Assembly (NCBI GenBank): GCA_023384005.1
Contig: JAHDXY010000001.1
Coordinates: forward strand, 20,042 to 84,041
Source of the DNA: Burkholderiaceae bacterium
Lineage (GTDB): Bacteria > Pseudomonadota > Gammaproteobacteria > Burkholderiales > Burkholderiaceae_E
Reading direction: 5' to 3'
Length of the DNA stretch: 64,000 bases
Made by a program: the position numbers and the translations under genes. Positions 25,395-35,290 of the stretch are shown piece by piece; the stretch's first letter is position 1, and each line of letters begins with the position of its first letter. The notes under the pieces were generated by a model. The model saw only the letters and a list, made by a program, of their open reading frames with translations, was not told the DNA's origin and made no database searches.

Positions 25395-25802
25395 TCACTT
25401 CCGCCGCGTGGCTATGATGCTCGCGATCTTCTCGATCGAGCGCCCGCCGACATAGGTCGTCACGATGACACCGGCCCACTCGGCGACGATGCCCCGAACC
25501 GGATCGGTCGTCCCCAGCCCGAGGACGATGTCCCAGACGATCACCTTCCAGAGATAGATGATGACTGGCAGAGCCAGCAGCGGCCGTATGATGGCCGTGT
25601 ACCATCGACCCTGCTCGGCAATCACGATGTCGCGCCCGGCCTGCTGGGCTGCCACCTCAGCCCTGATTGCTTCAATCGTGATCTGCGTACGCAGCTGTTC
25701 CCGCGCGGTCTGGTTATCCATGACTTTCGTCAGGATACCGAGAACCTTGTTGACGAAGCCTCCGGAGAGGAACGACAGGACCCAACCGACAACGCTGAGC
25801 AT
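25395..25802 (-). CDS. holin-like membrane protein
   Basis: 135 aa with hydrophobic segments, immediately downstream of the endolysin. Confidence 0.55.
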   Translation of the reverse strand: MLSVVGWVLSFLSGGFVNKVLGILTKVMDNQTAREQLRTQITIEAIRAEVAAQQAGRDIVIAEQGRWYTAIIRPLLALPVIIYLWKVIVWDIVLGLGTTDPVRGIVAEWAGVIVTTYVGGRSIEKIASIIATRRK

Positions 25803-25812
25803 CTGGCCCTCT

Positions 25813-26967
25813 CTATTGCGGGACGGGGGGTCGACGGGAGAAGAGCGATGAACCGAACTGACGCCATAGCCCGTAGATGATCAGCCCGGTTGAGACCACA
25901 GCGAGGATCGCCGCCCCGGTCTTGATAATCGGGATCACGTCAACATAAGGCGCGAGCTGATTGACCTGCTCCTGAATCGACTCGGCAGCCCTGTTCACCG
26001 TCTGGGAAACGACGTTGCCGCCAACGCCGACCGCCGTCGGTTTTGCACCATCGGGTACGCCATCCGCCGCGGTCTCGGGGGCCTCGGCATAAGCCGGAGC
26101 CGCGAGACGCACCTTGATTGCCTCGAGCGTGATCGGACCAGGAATGCCGTCCTTCACGAGCCCGTTGCGGGCCTGGAAATCGCGCACAGCGCCGGCGGTC
26201 TTCGGGCCGAAGCGGCCATCCACCTTGAGCTCATAACCGAGTTTGACCAGGTTGCGCTGCAGCGTCTTCGTGGCCGGGTCGACCTTCGCAGCCTTCCAGC
26301 TCTCAGCGGGCTTGCGCTTGTCGCGAAGCAAGGGCCAGAGTTTGTTGAACTGCGCCACGCGATCCTTGTACCCGTTATAGCCGCCGTTGATCGCCTTCGT
26401 GATGGCCCGGATGTCATTCCGATCGGCCATCGCGTTGCAGCCCGCTTCTTTCCACTCAGCGAGCGCGGGCAGAAGAGCGTACTTGAAGTACGTCACCCTG
26501 GTTGGATCCCGCTCGAACATATCGCCGAGACCGACACTCTTCCCGAGCCTCCGGTGAGCGCCGCGCCCCGTCGTTTGCATCAGGCCGTTGCCGCGATACT
26601 TCCACCCATCGCCAGGTCGCGTGTTCCCGAGCTCGCGGGCCTTGCGCGGATTACCGAGGCCATAGACGCGCTCGGCGAGCGATTCGGGTTTCCCGGCCAA
26701 CGCCTTGGCCTCGGCTTGTGTCACGCGCGCCGAGTGTCTGCCGACGCCGAAGATCTGCATCATCCGCGAGGTGCGATAGCGCATGTCCTCGCGGACAACC
26801 GTCAAACGTCCACTCTCGTGCATCACTTGCGCAAGGAAATGTGCGAGCCGAAGCGGGGTCGTTACGCCGTAGCGCTCGAAGAGCTCCTGGCCGTTCTCAA
26901 ACGCCTCTATGTATTCGGGACGCGCTCTAGGTGCGCAGCGGCGCACCACGTCAATGAGCTGAGTCAT
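25813..26967 (-). CDS. endolysin: GH19/chitinase-like domain + PG-binding domain + C-terminal TM segment
   Basis: ORF track 25813..27051. Start taken at MTQLIDVV. AHFLAQVMHESG and WKYRGNGLMQTTG (lysozyme/chitinase-like); LQRNLVKLGYELKVDGRFGPKTAGAVRDFQ (PG_binding_1-like); C-terminal AAILAVVSTGLIIYGLW. Confidence 0.75.
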   Translation of the reverse strand: MTQLIDVVRRCAPRARPEYIEAFENGQELFERYGVTTPLRLAHFLAQVMHESGRLTVVREDMRYRTSRMMQIFGVGRHSARVTQAEAKALAGKPESLAERVYGLGNPRKARELGNTRPGDGWKYRGNGLMQTTGRGAHRRLGKSVGLGDMFERDPTRVTYFKYALLPALAEWKEAGCNAMADRNDIRAITKAINGGYNGYKDRVAQFNKLWPLLRDKRKPAESWKAAKVDPATKTLQRNLVKLGYELKVDGRFGPKTAGAVRDFQARNGLVKDGIPGPITLEAIKVRLAAPAYAEAPETAADGVPDGAKPTAVGVGGNVVSQTVNRAAESIQEQVNQLAPYVDVIPIIKTGAAILAVVSTGLIIYGLWRQFGSSLFSRRPPVPQ

Positions 26968-26991
26968 GACTCGACTGGCCTCGGACAAGTC

Positions 26992-27005
26992 TGCAATTAA
27001 CTGCA
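26992..27005. repeat. palindrome-family copy
   Basis: TGCAATTAACTGCA (1 mismatch). 24 nt before the endolysin ATG at 26967. Confidence 0.85.
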
Positions 27006-27153
27006 TGACGAACAATAGTGCAAACGTCCCGCGGGAGCGACAGCAACTCACTCGGGTGGCCCAAGGCGTAATCCGGAGCGTCTAACAACTAGGCGATGAA
27101 GCCACCGCGGAAATGAGGGCCGGTGCCAGTATCAACCCAGCACCCCGCCGTCT

Positions 27154-27167
27154 TGCAGTTAACTGCA
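27154..27167. repeat. palindrome-family copy
   Basis: TGCAGTTAACTGCA (2 symmetric mismatches, still a perfect palindrome). The central TAA is the stop of 27159-27380. Confidence 0.8.
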
Positions 27168-27380
27168 CGTCACAGCTTCAGGTTTTGGTGGATCAGGCTC
27201 CTTGTATTTGACCTCCTGCTGCAACCTGGACAGCTCTTCATTCGCTTTCACGAGCTTGTCCTGGGCGTCCCTGAGAGCTCCTGCCAAACCAGCTGCCCGG
27301 TCGGACAGATCCGAAATCTGGGTCTTGTATTCCTCCAGCAGCCCTCGCAGGGCGGGAGATAGTTGTGACGTGTCAAGCAA
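27159..27380 (-). CDS. small coiled-coil protein
   Basis: 73-aa ORF overlapping the tail-fibre stop. Confidence 0.5.
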   Translation of the reverse strand: MLDTSQLSPALRGLLEEYKTQISDLSDRAAGLAGALRDAQDKLVKANEELSRLQQEVKYKEPDPPKPEAVTCS

Positions 27381-28701
27381 TGCGGCACCCCCAGAAGTAG
27401 TTTTCGTTGTCGAGAATGTAGCCGTCCTGCCCTGTGAAATGGGTCAGAACGTACACCTTGTCTCCTGTATTCAGCTTCAGAAGCCCTGTCAGCTGGAGGA
27501 CAGTCTGAGACGGGGCGAGGGCTGGATTGACATCAGCCATGTTATCCAGCGTAGGGACTCCGAAGTTTACCGACAACCCCATCTGGATACGGGTCGGGTC
27601 AGTTGTGTCAGACCGGAACCGGGCCTTGGCCCCGAACAGGTAGTAGCCGTCTGCCGGCGCAACGAACGCGTAATCTGCGCCATCATATGCGCTCTGGTCA
27701 TTGTGCCTGGTGTTGTTGAACCCGACCTTCGTCCAGCCATCCGCCCCGATGTACTGATCCGGGCCGTTCCAGAACATGTAGGCAGAGAACTTGCTGCCCT
27801 GCGGGAACGACACTTGTCCATTGTCCTTATTGATCACCATAGCGCTGTGGAAATTGGATGAATCCGGCGAGACCTTGAACGTGAAGTTGTCATCGCCCAG
27901 CAAGCCGATGAGCGCTCTGGCCGAGAAATTGGATTGGAACGTCAGGGCCGCATCATTGGAGGTTGCTCCCTTGTTGAAGACGAACCGCAGATCGCCGTTG
28001 TTCGTGAACAGCATATTCTCGCCGCTCACCAGCAGCTTGTTATTGGCGTCCGAGCCTGCACCGATAGCGATGTTGCCGGTGTCCTTATCAACGGTCAGGG
28101 CCTGGTGGAACGTCAAGCCATCGGGTGAGACTTTGATGCTGATGTCGTCATCCCCGAGCAGACCAAACAGAGCTCGCGTCGAGAACCCGTCCTGGAACGT
28201 GAACCCGGCATCCTTGGCAGCAGCGCTCTTGTTCAGTGTGACGCGCACGTCCCCCGTGCCGGGGGTCACGTCATCGTGGGAGAACAGTACGGCATCCGAT
28301 TTGACGGCCATCTTATTGGTCGCGTCAGCGGTCGTGTTGACACCGAGCAGTGCCAAGGTGGACGGGAGGGCGGACACCCACTCCGACCCGTCGAACCTGA
28401 GCAGCGTGGACGTCGCGTTGTTGAACGCGGTCCACCCCTGCTTGGGCATGTAGAACACCCACGCACCATTCTGAAAGGCAGCGATGTTCCCGGCCTGACC
28501 GGACCAATCGCCTGTCGCGCCTGACGGCACGATCCACCTCTGCCCGTCGGTCGGGGAAGCGGGCGGTGCTGTCACTGCTGCCGAGACGACACCGAGCTGA
28601 ACGATGGCGTCCAGAATATCCAGGGACTCGTTGACTGGCACATGCTTCTGAGACTGGGCAGCCTCAACGATGGACAGCCCGAGGTTCGTGGTCTGCGGCA
28701 T
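27373..28701 (-). CDS. tail fibre protein
   Basis: 442 aa. The N-terminus MPQTTNLGLSIVEAAQSQKHVPVNESLDILDA is of the type seen in GTA/alphaproteobacterial phage fibres (recalled as DUF2793). Repetitive beta-rich body. Confidence 0.65.
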   Translation of the reverse strand: MPQTTNLGLSIVEAAQSQKHVPVNESLDILDAIVQLGVVSAAVTAPPASPTDGQRWIVPSGATGDWSGQAGNIAAFQNGAWVFYMPKQGWTAFNNATSTLLRFDGSEWVSALPSTLALLGVNTTADATNKMAVKSDAVLFSHDDVTPGTGDVRVTLNKSAAAKDAGFTFQDGFSTRALFGLLGDDDISIKVSPDGLTFHQALTVDKDTGNIAIGAGSDANNKLLVSGENMLFTNNGDLRFVFNKGATSNDAALTFQSNFSARALIGLLGDDNFTFKVSPDSSNFHSAMVINKDNGQVSFPQGSKFSAYMFWNGPDQYIGADGWTKVGFNNTRHNDQSAYDGADYAFVAPADGYYLFGAKARFRSDTTDPTRIQMGLSVNFGVPTLDNMADVNPALAPSQTVLQLTGLLKLNTGDKVYVLTHFTGQDGYILDNENYFWGCRIA

Positions 28702-28711
28702 TACCGCCTCC

Positions 28712-31700
28712 TTAGAAGTTCAATACGCCGGTGCGCGGCGCACCTCGCCCGAATACCGTCGACATCTGATAGACCTTCACTGTGAGCGGACCCGAAACGG
28801 GACCGCCCCAGTCATCCGTCTGCATGGCTGTCGTGTAGACGGCGCTTTGCGTCGTTGTGTCTATCGTTCTCTTGACGGTGCTGCCGTCCATGACGTCCAA
28901 CTCGTAGCGCTCGTCGTCTTCGTTGAGAGGCACGTCGGGAAGGTCCCAGCGATCCCCGTCCCTCCTGGTTCTCCTGATCCAGTTGATCGTGATGTCGTCG
29001 GAGCTATCCTTCGACCCACGGACATGGCAGGGCGAATAGGGTCGATAACCAACACCGGAGAACGACTTGACGGTCTCCTGGTAGTTGGCGTCCGAAAGGT
29101 CGTAGTTGGACGGACCCCACCGCCAGTAGAAGTCCAGGTTCAGGTTGTTGGTCGAAAGCGTAGCCTGCAGAACGGAGGCCGCATCGAGAAGCACGACCCT
29201 GGCCCCGATATCGACAGGATCACGCATCTCGAGCTCCGTACCGGCCTGGCCACGAAGCAGCCGGCTCAGCTCATAGGTCCGGGTATCGACGAGCTCCGCA
29301 TTGGCAAACTGGAGCACCTCCCAACCGCCGTTTGCGTTCTCTACAAACAGGGTGTTCCCTCCATCCAGGACGAAGTCGTCATCCGCTGACAGAAGCTGGT
29401 CATCACCAAACATTTGGACCCGGAACCTGTTGGCCCGGTCCCATCGGTGAGTGACGCCTGAATAAAGCGGGTCGACCAGCACCCCCATTGCTGCCGGAGT
29501 GAGAATGGACGTGTTCAGCGAGTAGCCACTCCCGCTGGGCGACCTGTACAGCAGCTGAGCCGTCCAGGGCTTGGCATAGGCTGCAACGTGCGGGGCTGCC
29601 GGGTCTTCGTTACCCGTCAACAGCGGCAGGTCCATCATGGCCAGGGCGGACGGTCCAAAAACATTGGGCGTGCCCCCAGGACCAACCAGAGGCGGCGAGA
29701 GTGTACCATCCGAGGACTGTGGTGCCCCGGTGTACGACCGCACAGGGCCGGCGTGAATCTTATAGGCCGACCTGTCAGCGCGATGAGCATCGACCTCGCG
29801 AACATGAGCATCGGCCACGGACGCCAAGCGCAAGCGCCACTCCTTGTTGGCCAGCATGACGTCGATGATATCGCCTGGTTCGACGCCCAAAGCCGTAGGT
29901 GGCAGCACGAACTTCGCGCTTTCGCGCTTGCCCCATGTCTCGATCAGCGTTGCTTCGGCCAGGCCCACCGCTTCAGCCTGCTCCATCACGAACGGTGCTG
30001 TGATTGTCGCGTCCTTCTGCGAGGTGGTCGTCAGACGCTTGCTGGGCGCTGTCGCCGTCCTGTAATCGGCTGCGGAGTCGGTATAGGTCACCCTGACGGA
30101 ACGGGGCAACTCGCTCTCCTGCCCTCGCGTCAGCTCGAAGGGCGAGTTGTTTTCGCCGGCATTGTTCGGGACAATCAGATCGCTGTCAGAGATCGAGAAC
30201 ACGGACGGGCGGTCCCTGTGCCGGAAAACAATCTTCCCGTCGCTCTCCACCCCGTCGAAGAAGAAAACACCGCCCAGCGGCTCAATGGCTGCCCTGGCGC
30301 TCATTGGCTGATCGATCTTGTAACCGGCGACCAGGCCCTGGAGCTCGCTCACATCGTAGTCAGTGAACCCCTGGCGCTGCATGAGGTCCCTGATGACATG
30401 ATCGACCGAAACGAGTCCTGCCCGCCCATTTAGCCAATGGCCAAAGGTCCAGTTGTCAGCGTCCGACCATTTCGCAGCTGTCTTCGGGAAATACGGGAAC
30501 GGACGGGCATCCCAGCACCAGACGAGGATGTCGGCCTCGGAGACCATCCGGCCCGAATAAACCGTCGACGTCGGATTGTTGTTGCTGTCGTTCCAGAACT
30601 GCATATGCGCCTCGATAAAGGCGCGCTGTATCAGGTCGTCCCGCCAGCCATGCGAGAAATACGGTACGAAGCTCTCGGACGACTCCGGGTCGAAGAAGAC
30701 GTTCGGCTGGTTCGAGCCCTTGTCGATTGCAGGGCATCCGAGCTCGGTAAACCAGATGCGCTTGCTCTGCGGCGTCCAGTCGGTCTCGAGCCGAGGCGTC
30801 GTGATGCTCCCGGTGTCCGCTGTGGAGAAGGTCGGGTCGGCAACGCGGTTCGATCCGCCATTGATCGTCAGGGTAGGCACGCTCAGCTCGAATACGACCG
30901 AGCCGATGGTGCCTGGGCTGACGCGGACCGTCATAGCCCAGCTAGTCTTGGCTGTGCCGGGGGCATTGATCGTATGCGAGAGTGAGTGCGTCCCCTCTAC
31001 GTTCGTCGCAGTCGGGGGATTGACATAGCTGCCGCCGAGGTAGCCGTTGGAGGCGTCGAACTGCTCGATGGCCCAATACTCGTACGCTGCCCCGCCGCTC
31101 CGGGTGATCTTGCCGGTAAAAGAGGCGGTCACCGAGTCGCCGTCTGCCGCTGGCGTGCCCGGAACGGGGATGATGCGCAGAACGGCCTCGGCATCTGAGG
31201 CACCCGCAGTGTTGTCACAAGATGCCTCGATGCGGAGCCGCGTGTTGCCGTTCTCGTCGATGTACTTGTCCGTCACGACTAAGCTGGTGAAGTTATGGCT
31301 CAAGTCGGTCGGAAGCATACCGCCCTTCGTTCCACCGGGGCGGTCGACGTGCTTATTGCTCCACCAGTTGCGGAGGTCCTTCTGGCGGAACACCCAGTCA
31401 TCCCCATAGCCGCCGTCGACAATGGGGGTACGCACCTGGTTCTGGCGGTCGCTGTCGCTGGCGTAATACCAGTCGTAATACTCCCCGCCGAAGATGTTGG
31501 ACTGCAGATAGCCCTTATCGTAGATGCGGCGGCTTGGCTCGAAATCGAGGTGATCCTCTCCGTCACGCCAGTCGCTGATCGGCATGTAGTTATCAATGCC
31601 GATGAAATCGATTGCGGAGTGCGACCACAGGCGGTCCATGTTGAAGATCACGTCGCCCGATCCATCGCTGGGCCGGTGCGAGTGATATTCGTCCCAATTG

Positions 31701-33223
31701 GCCGCGTAACCAACCTTGCAGCTGCTGCCGACGATCCCCTTCACGGTGCTGGCAAGGGAGCGCAGCTTCTCCACGGCGGGATAAGGGCCTGTGCCTGGAC
31801 CGCTGCGTATCGTGGTCAGCCCGACGAGCTCGGATCCGATCAGGATGGCATCGACGCCACCGGCTTGAACCGCCAGGTTGGCATAGTGCCCGATGAACGG
31901 GATGTATTCGTTGTCAAAGAAGCCATTGACCTCAGTCCCCGCCGTCGCCGTTTTGTCAGAGGACCCAGCGTAGCCAGGAGCAACCGATGTCGTGATCCGG
32001 CCCCGCCAAGGGTGGATAGGCTGACCCATCTGGCTGGCATTAACCGAGTACGGATTCGGAAGCTCGTTGCCGCTGGGGACGTCCATGAAGACGAACGGGT
32101 ACAGGATCACCTTGTACCCGCGCGATTTGAGCCCCGCTATTGCCTGCTTCACGGCATTGTCTGACGGGGTGCCTCCGTAATTCACCCTGCCGTTCGTCTT
32201 GGAAATGAGGTGAGCGGAACTCCGGCTATACCCGGCCACGCTCCAGGACAGAGGCTTCGTGTCCCTCTTGCGCAGCTCTACGCCCGGCCTGATCAGGCAC
32301 TGATTGCACCTCAAGTCAGTCCCGAACCACCCAACAACCAGTGCTACCGTGCTGCACTCCGGGAGCAAGACCCCGAGCTGGTCCATCGACACGCTGAAGT
32401 CGACCCTCGGTTCCACCGTGGTCTTGTTGTCAGAAGAGGTTTCCTGAGCGTCCGAGGTGTAGGTCACCTTGTCGGTGGCATAGATGAATTCGCCAGAGCC
32501 GGGGATCATGCACACGCCTTTGACCAGGCGCTCCATGGAGTCCTCATAGTCGGACCCGAGGTTGCGGATGACCTCGAACTGAAGCTGGGGAATTCGGTTA
32601 CCGAACTGCTTCAGAGGCAAGTCCTCGAAAACGATGTAGGCAATGCCCCGATAGGCAGGGTTGTTGCCCGCGCCTTCCTTCGCCTCCATCAGCGGATCGA
32701 CGGGCTGGTCCTCGCTGCCGTAGTAGATGCGATACCGGATCGGCTCGCCATCCGTGTCGCCGCCACTGCTGAGGTCGAACAGATTGCCGTCTGCCCAGAG
32801 GCGCTCGATGCGGTGGATCGGGCCTTCGCAAATGGCGACAGCAAACGAGCACGAGTACAGGTATTCCGTCGTGGTGCCACTCCCACCGCCACCCAAGCCC
32901 TTCCCACCGCCTTGCTTCTTGGTGCTGACGGTTTCCTTGAACTTGGTCGCCCAGATCAGCTGCCCCGCTACCCGATGGCGTCCATAAAGACGCGGGATCG
33001 GAGCACCCTCGGTCGATTCCTGGATGTTGAACTCGAGGAGCCGTGGCCCCTTCTGATTGATGTCCTGGGCGAAGAGCTGGCTGTCGATGTACGAACCAAT
33101 CGTGGACCCGATCATGCCGCCAATGGTAGCGCCAGAGATCGTCGCCCCGAGCAGCGTGACGCCGGCAGGCAGCACAGCACTGCCGATAGCCGCACCTGCT
33201 ACACCAAGTACAAGAGAAGCCAT
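28712..33223 (-). CDS. host-specificity / RcGTA g15 (megatron)-like tail tip protein
   Basis: ORF track 28712..33271. ATG at 33223 follows GGAGG. Gly-rich N-terminus, then LEFNIQESTEGAPIPRLYGRHRVAGQLIWAT, typical of GTA g15-like proteins. Confidence 0.85.
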   Translation of the reverse strand: MASLVLGVAGAAIGSAVLPAGVTLLGATISGATIGGMIGSTIGSYIDSQLFAQDINQKGPRLLEFNIQESTEGAPIPRLYGRHRVAGQLIWATKFKETVSTKKQGGGKGLGGGGSGTTTEYLYSCSFAVAICEGPIHRIERLWADGNLFDLSSGGDTDGEPIRYRIYYGSEDQPVDPLMEAKEGAGNNPAYRGIAYIVFEDLPLKQFGNRIPQLQFEVIRNLGSDYEDSMERLVKGVCMIPGSGEFIYATDKVTYTSDAQETSSDNKTTVEPRVDFSVSMDQLGVLLPECSTVALVVGWFGTDLRCNQCLIRPGVELRKRDTKPLSWSVAGYSRSSAHLISKTNGRVNYGGTPSDNAVKQAIAGLKSRGYKVILYPFVFMDVPSGNELPNPYSVNASQMGQPIHPWRGRITTSVAPGYAGSSDKTATAGTEVNGFFDNEYIPFIGHYANLAVQAGGVDAILIGSELVGLTTIRSGPGTGPYPAVEKLRSLASTVKGIVGSSCKVGYAANWDEYHSHRPSDGSGDVIFNMDRLWSHSAIDFIGIDNYMPISDWRDGEDHLDFEPSRRIYDKGYLQSNIFGGEYYDWYYASDSDRQNQVRTPIVDGGYGDDWVFRQKDLRNWWSNKHVDRPGGTKGGMLPTDLSHNFTSLVVTDKYIDENGNTRLRIEASCDNTAGASDAEAVLRIIPVPGTPAADGDSVTASFTGKITRSGGAAYEYWAIEQFDASNGYLGGSYVNPPTATNVEGTHSLSHTINAPGTAKTSWAMTVRVSPGTIGSVVFELSVPTLTINGGSNRVADPTFSTADTGSITTPRLETDWTPQSKRIWFTELGCPAIDKGSNQPNVFFDPESSESFVPYFSHGWRDDLIQRAFIEAHMQFWNDSNNNPTSTVYSGRMVSEADILVWCWDARPFPYFPKTAAKWSDADNWTFGHWLNGRAGLVSVDHVIRDLMQRQGFTDYDVSELQGLVAGYKIDQPMSARAAIEPLGGVFFFDGVESDGKIVFRHRDRPSVFSISDSDLIVPNNAGENNSPFELTRGQESELPRSVRVTYTDSAADYRTATAPSKRLTTTSQKDATITAPFVMEQAEAVGLAEATLIETWGKRESAKFVLPPTALGVEPGDIIDVMLANKEWRLRLASVADAHVREVDAHRADRSAYKIHAGPVRSYTGAPQSSDGTLSPPLVGPGGTPNVFGPSALAMMDLPLLTGNEDPAAPHVAAYAKPWTAQLLYRSPSGSGYSLNTSILTPAAMGVLVDPLYSGVTHRWDRANRFRVQMFGDDQLLSADDDFVLDGGNTLFVENANGGWEVLQFANAELVDTRTYELSRLLRGQAGTELEMRDPVDIGARVVLLDAASVLQATLSTNNLNLDFYWRWGPSNYDLSDANYQETVKSFSGVGYRPYSPCHVRGSKDSSDDITINWIRRTRRDGDRWDLPDVPLNEDDERYELDVMDGSTVKRTIDTTTQSAVYTTAMQTDDWGGPVSGPLTVKVYQMSTVFGRGAPRTGVLNF

Positions 33224-33224
33224 A

Positions 33225-33743
33225 TCAAGCCTCCGCCATTGAGGTGACCGGCTGAGGCTTGGGTTCGACACCCGGCAACCGGAATGCGTAGGCCAGCCTC
33301 AAAGACCACGCGAAATCGAACGGCACCTCGGAAACGGGATAGCTGGTGGCGGCATGGATTAGCGTGCGCTCTCCGTTCTTGAACGCCACGAAACCACAGT
33401 GCTTAGCGATGCCGTTCTGCTTCATTCGGAACAGCACCACGTCCCCCTCCTGGCTTCGTGTGATCCGCTCGGAACGAATGGGGTGCGTCAGGTCCACTTC
33501 GAGCAGATACTTGGCAGCTCCCTCGTACAGGGTCTCACGGCTTCTGACCTCGCCCCAATCGGGCGAGTACGGCGGCAGCTTCTCATGATCCTCCCCTGTC
33601 ACCTCCCGCCACACACCGCGCACGAGCCCGAGGCAATCACAGCCTACGCCCTTCAGCGAAGCCTGATGATGGTATGGCGTCCCGATCCAGGAGCGGGCCA
33701 CCTCCACAATTTGATTTGCAATTACTTGCACGACCATGATCAC
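33225..33743 (-). CDS. NlpC/P60 cell-wall peptidase (RcGTA g14-like)
   Basis: 172 aa. Catalytic-Cys context GVGCDCLGLVRGVW, and His in HCGF. Confidence 0.8.
   Translation of the reverse strand: MIMVVQVIANQIVEVARSWIGTPYHHQASLKGVGCDCLGLVRGVWREVTGEDHEKLPPYSPDWGEVRSRETLYEGAAKYLLEVDLTHPIRSERITRSQEGDVVLFRMKQNGIAKHCGFVAFKNGERTLIHAATSYPVSEVPFDFAWSLRLAYAFRLPGVEPKPQPVTSMAEA
33717..33730. repeat. palindrome-family copy (intragenic)
   Basis: TGCAATTACTTGCA (1 mismatch). In the first codons of the NlpC/P60 gene (VQVIAN). Confidence 0.7.
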
Positions 33744-34639
33744 GAATTCCCGAACAGGCTCCCGCCGTCGTGGTTCACACCGCGACTCGGCGGTGCAATG
33801 ACCCTGTCATTTGACGGCATCCAGGGAAAGCCTCTGAAATTAATTGCATTATTGAAAACGTAACGGCAAGTTCCTAACTGCTTGTCGCAGCCTGCTGTCA
33901 CCTCGAACGTATCACCCACTTCGACTCTAGAGCCTGTGGGGACCCATAGCTCGATCTGCACACCCCCGGTGCGTCTCGCGTGCAGCCTGACCTCAGAGCT
34001 ATGACCCTCATTCGCCCCGCTTGTCCAGGTCAGCTTTCCTCCGGTGAACAGCTTTGCCCGGTAACTATCGAGACCAGTCACCTGGAACCACCGATCAGTT
34101 GAGAGCACCTGCAGGACCGCGCCAGAACCTTTCAGATTCGGGTCGTTCAGGTTCACCTTGCAGCGCCAATCCCCGAGATCGGCATCACACGAATAGCTGT
34201 AGAGGCGACCCATCTCCTGGTTGAGTTCGTGGGCAAGGCCACGCAGCTCGGCCATGAACGTGAAGTTGCCCCGGCGCACCTCGCCAACGGTCCCCTTGCG
34301 CATCAGGACGCGCTGACTGGTATCCTGCCAGTTGACCCGGTAGAGCTCGACGACGGCGTTGTCCCAGAGGCCGGCAGCCAGCTCCTCCTCGGTCAGCTGA
34401 TCCGATCTGAGGGCACCCTGCACGTCCATGTTCGGGACGTTGAGGCCGAGGTCGGTTTGCACTGCAGTGCCCGTGAAGCCGGTGACTGCTTCATAGGCTA
34501 CCCCATCGAACGTGACGGGCTCGTCGTGATCAGTGAACCCGAGTACGACGCCATCGGCTCTCACCAGCTTCCAGCACCAGCACAGCGTGGTGACACCGCT
34601 GTCGAGGTGTTCCTGTAGTCCGGGCGGCAAAGTTTTCAT
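33740..34639 (-). CDS. tail hub protein (RcGTA g13-like)
   Basis: 299 aa. The MKTLPPGLQEHLDSGVTTLCWCWKL N-terminus is typical of the DUF2163/BR0599 family, as I recall it. Confidence 0.75.
   Translation of the reverse strand: MKTLPPGLQEHLDSGVTTLCWCWKLVRADGVVLGFTDHDEPVTFDGVAYEAVTGFTGTAVQTDLGLNVPNMDVQGALRSDQLTEEELAAGLWDNAVVELYRVNWQDTSQRVLMRKGTVGEVRRGNFTFMAELRGLAHELNQEMGRLYSYSCDADLGDWRCKVNLNDPNLKGSGAVLQVLSTDRWFQVTGLDSYRAKLFTGGKLTWTSGANEGHSSEVRLHARRTGGVQIELWVPTGSRVEVGDTFEVTAGCDKQLGTCRYVFNNAINFRGFPWMPSNDRVIAPPSRGVNHDGGSLFGNS
33835..33848. repeat. palindrome-family copy (intragenic)
   Basis: TGAAATTAATTGCA (1 mismatch). Inside the hub CDS (NAINF). Confidence 0.75.
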
Positions 34640-34654
34640 CGCATGATCCTCGGT

Positions 34655-35281
34655 TCACACCCTGATCTCCACGAGAGGGATCGACGCCCACGTGTGGACG
34701 TTGAACTGCTCGATGGTGGTCAGGCACTTGTCGGTATCGAAACGCACGGGGACGTCGAATTCGTACCCAGCCGTGACCTCGAGGCCGTTAGCCGGTGCCA
34801 CGGTGAAGGTGACGATGCCTGTGGTCGTGTCGACCGACCAGCCGGACAGCGCCTCTACGCCAGCAACTGCGATCCTCACAGACCCAGAGACGGGCTTCTT
34901 GATCTCCCGCACATAGGACGTCGACCCGTTCGTGTAGGTCTTAGTGAGCTGAAACTGCCTCTTCACCCCGTCACCCACGGCAATGACCTGGTCCGTGGGG
35001 CTCAGCGCCTGAGTAGCGACACAGCTCCTGTAATCGGCCCAATCCCGGAATCTGAACCCGTACGCTCTGCCACGCCGCGCATAGAAAAACGCCAGCAATT
35101 GGTCGAGCTCTGCCTGGTTCTTGATGCCATGCGACACCTCATAGCGAGAACGCGGCGTCTCCCATTCGCTCTGGCGATCATCGAACCCTGACGCGCGGGA
35201 AAGCACCGAGGTCTTGAACCCAGGTCCTCCAACTGCGCCGTAGGAGATGCCGCGCGGAAAATGAACCTCATGGAAAGACAT
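34655..35281 (-). CDS. distal tail protein-like (RcGTA g12-like), copy B
   Basis: 208 aa; MSFHEVHFPRGISYGAVGGPGFKT. Tandem paralog of 35291-35917. Confidence 0.75.
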   Translation of the reverse strand: MSFHEVHFPRGISYGAVGGPGFKTSVLSRASGFDDRQSEWETPRSRYEVSHGIKNQAELDQLLAFFYARRGRAYGFRFRDWADYRSCVATQALSPTDQVIAVGDGVKRQFQLTKTYTNGSTSYVREIKKPVSGSVRIAVAGVEALSGWSVDTTTGIVTFTVAPANGLEVTAGYEFDVPVRFDTDKCLTTIEQFNVHTWASIPLVEIRV

Positions 35282-35290
35282 GCCGCTTCT

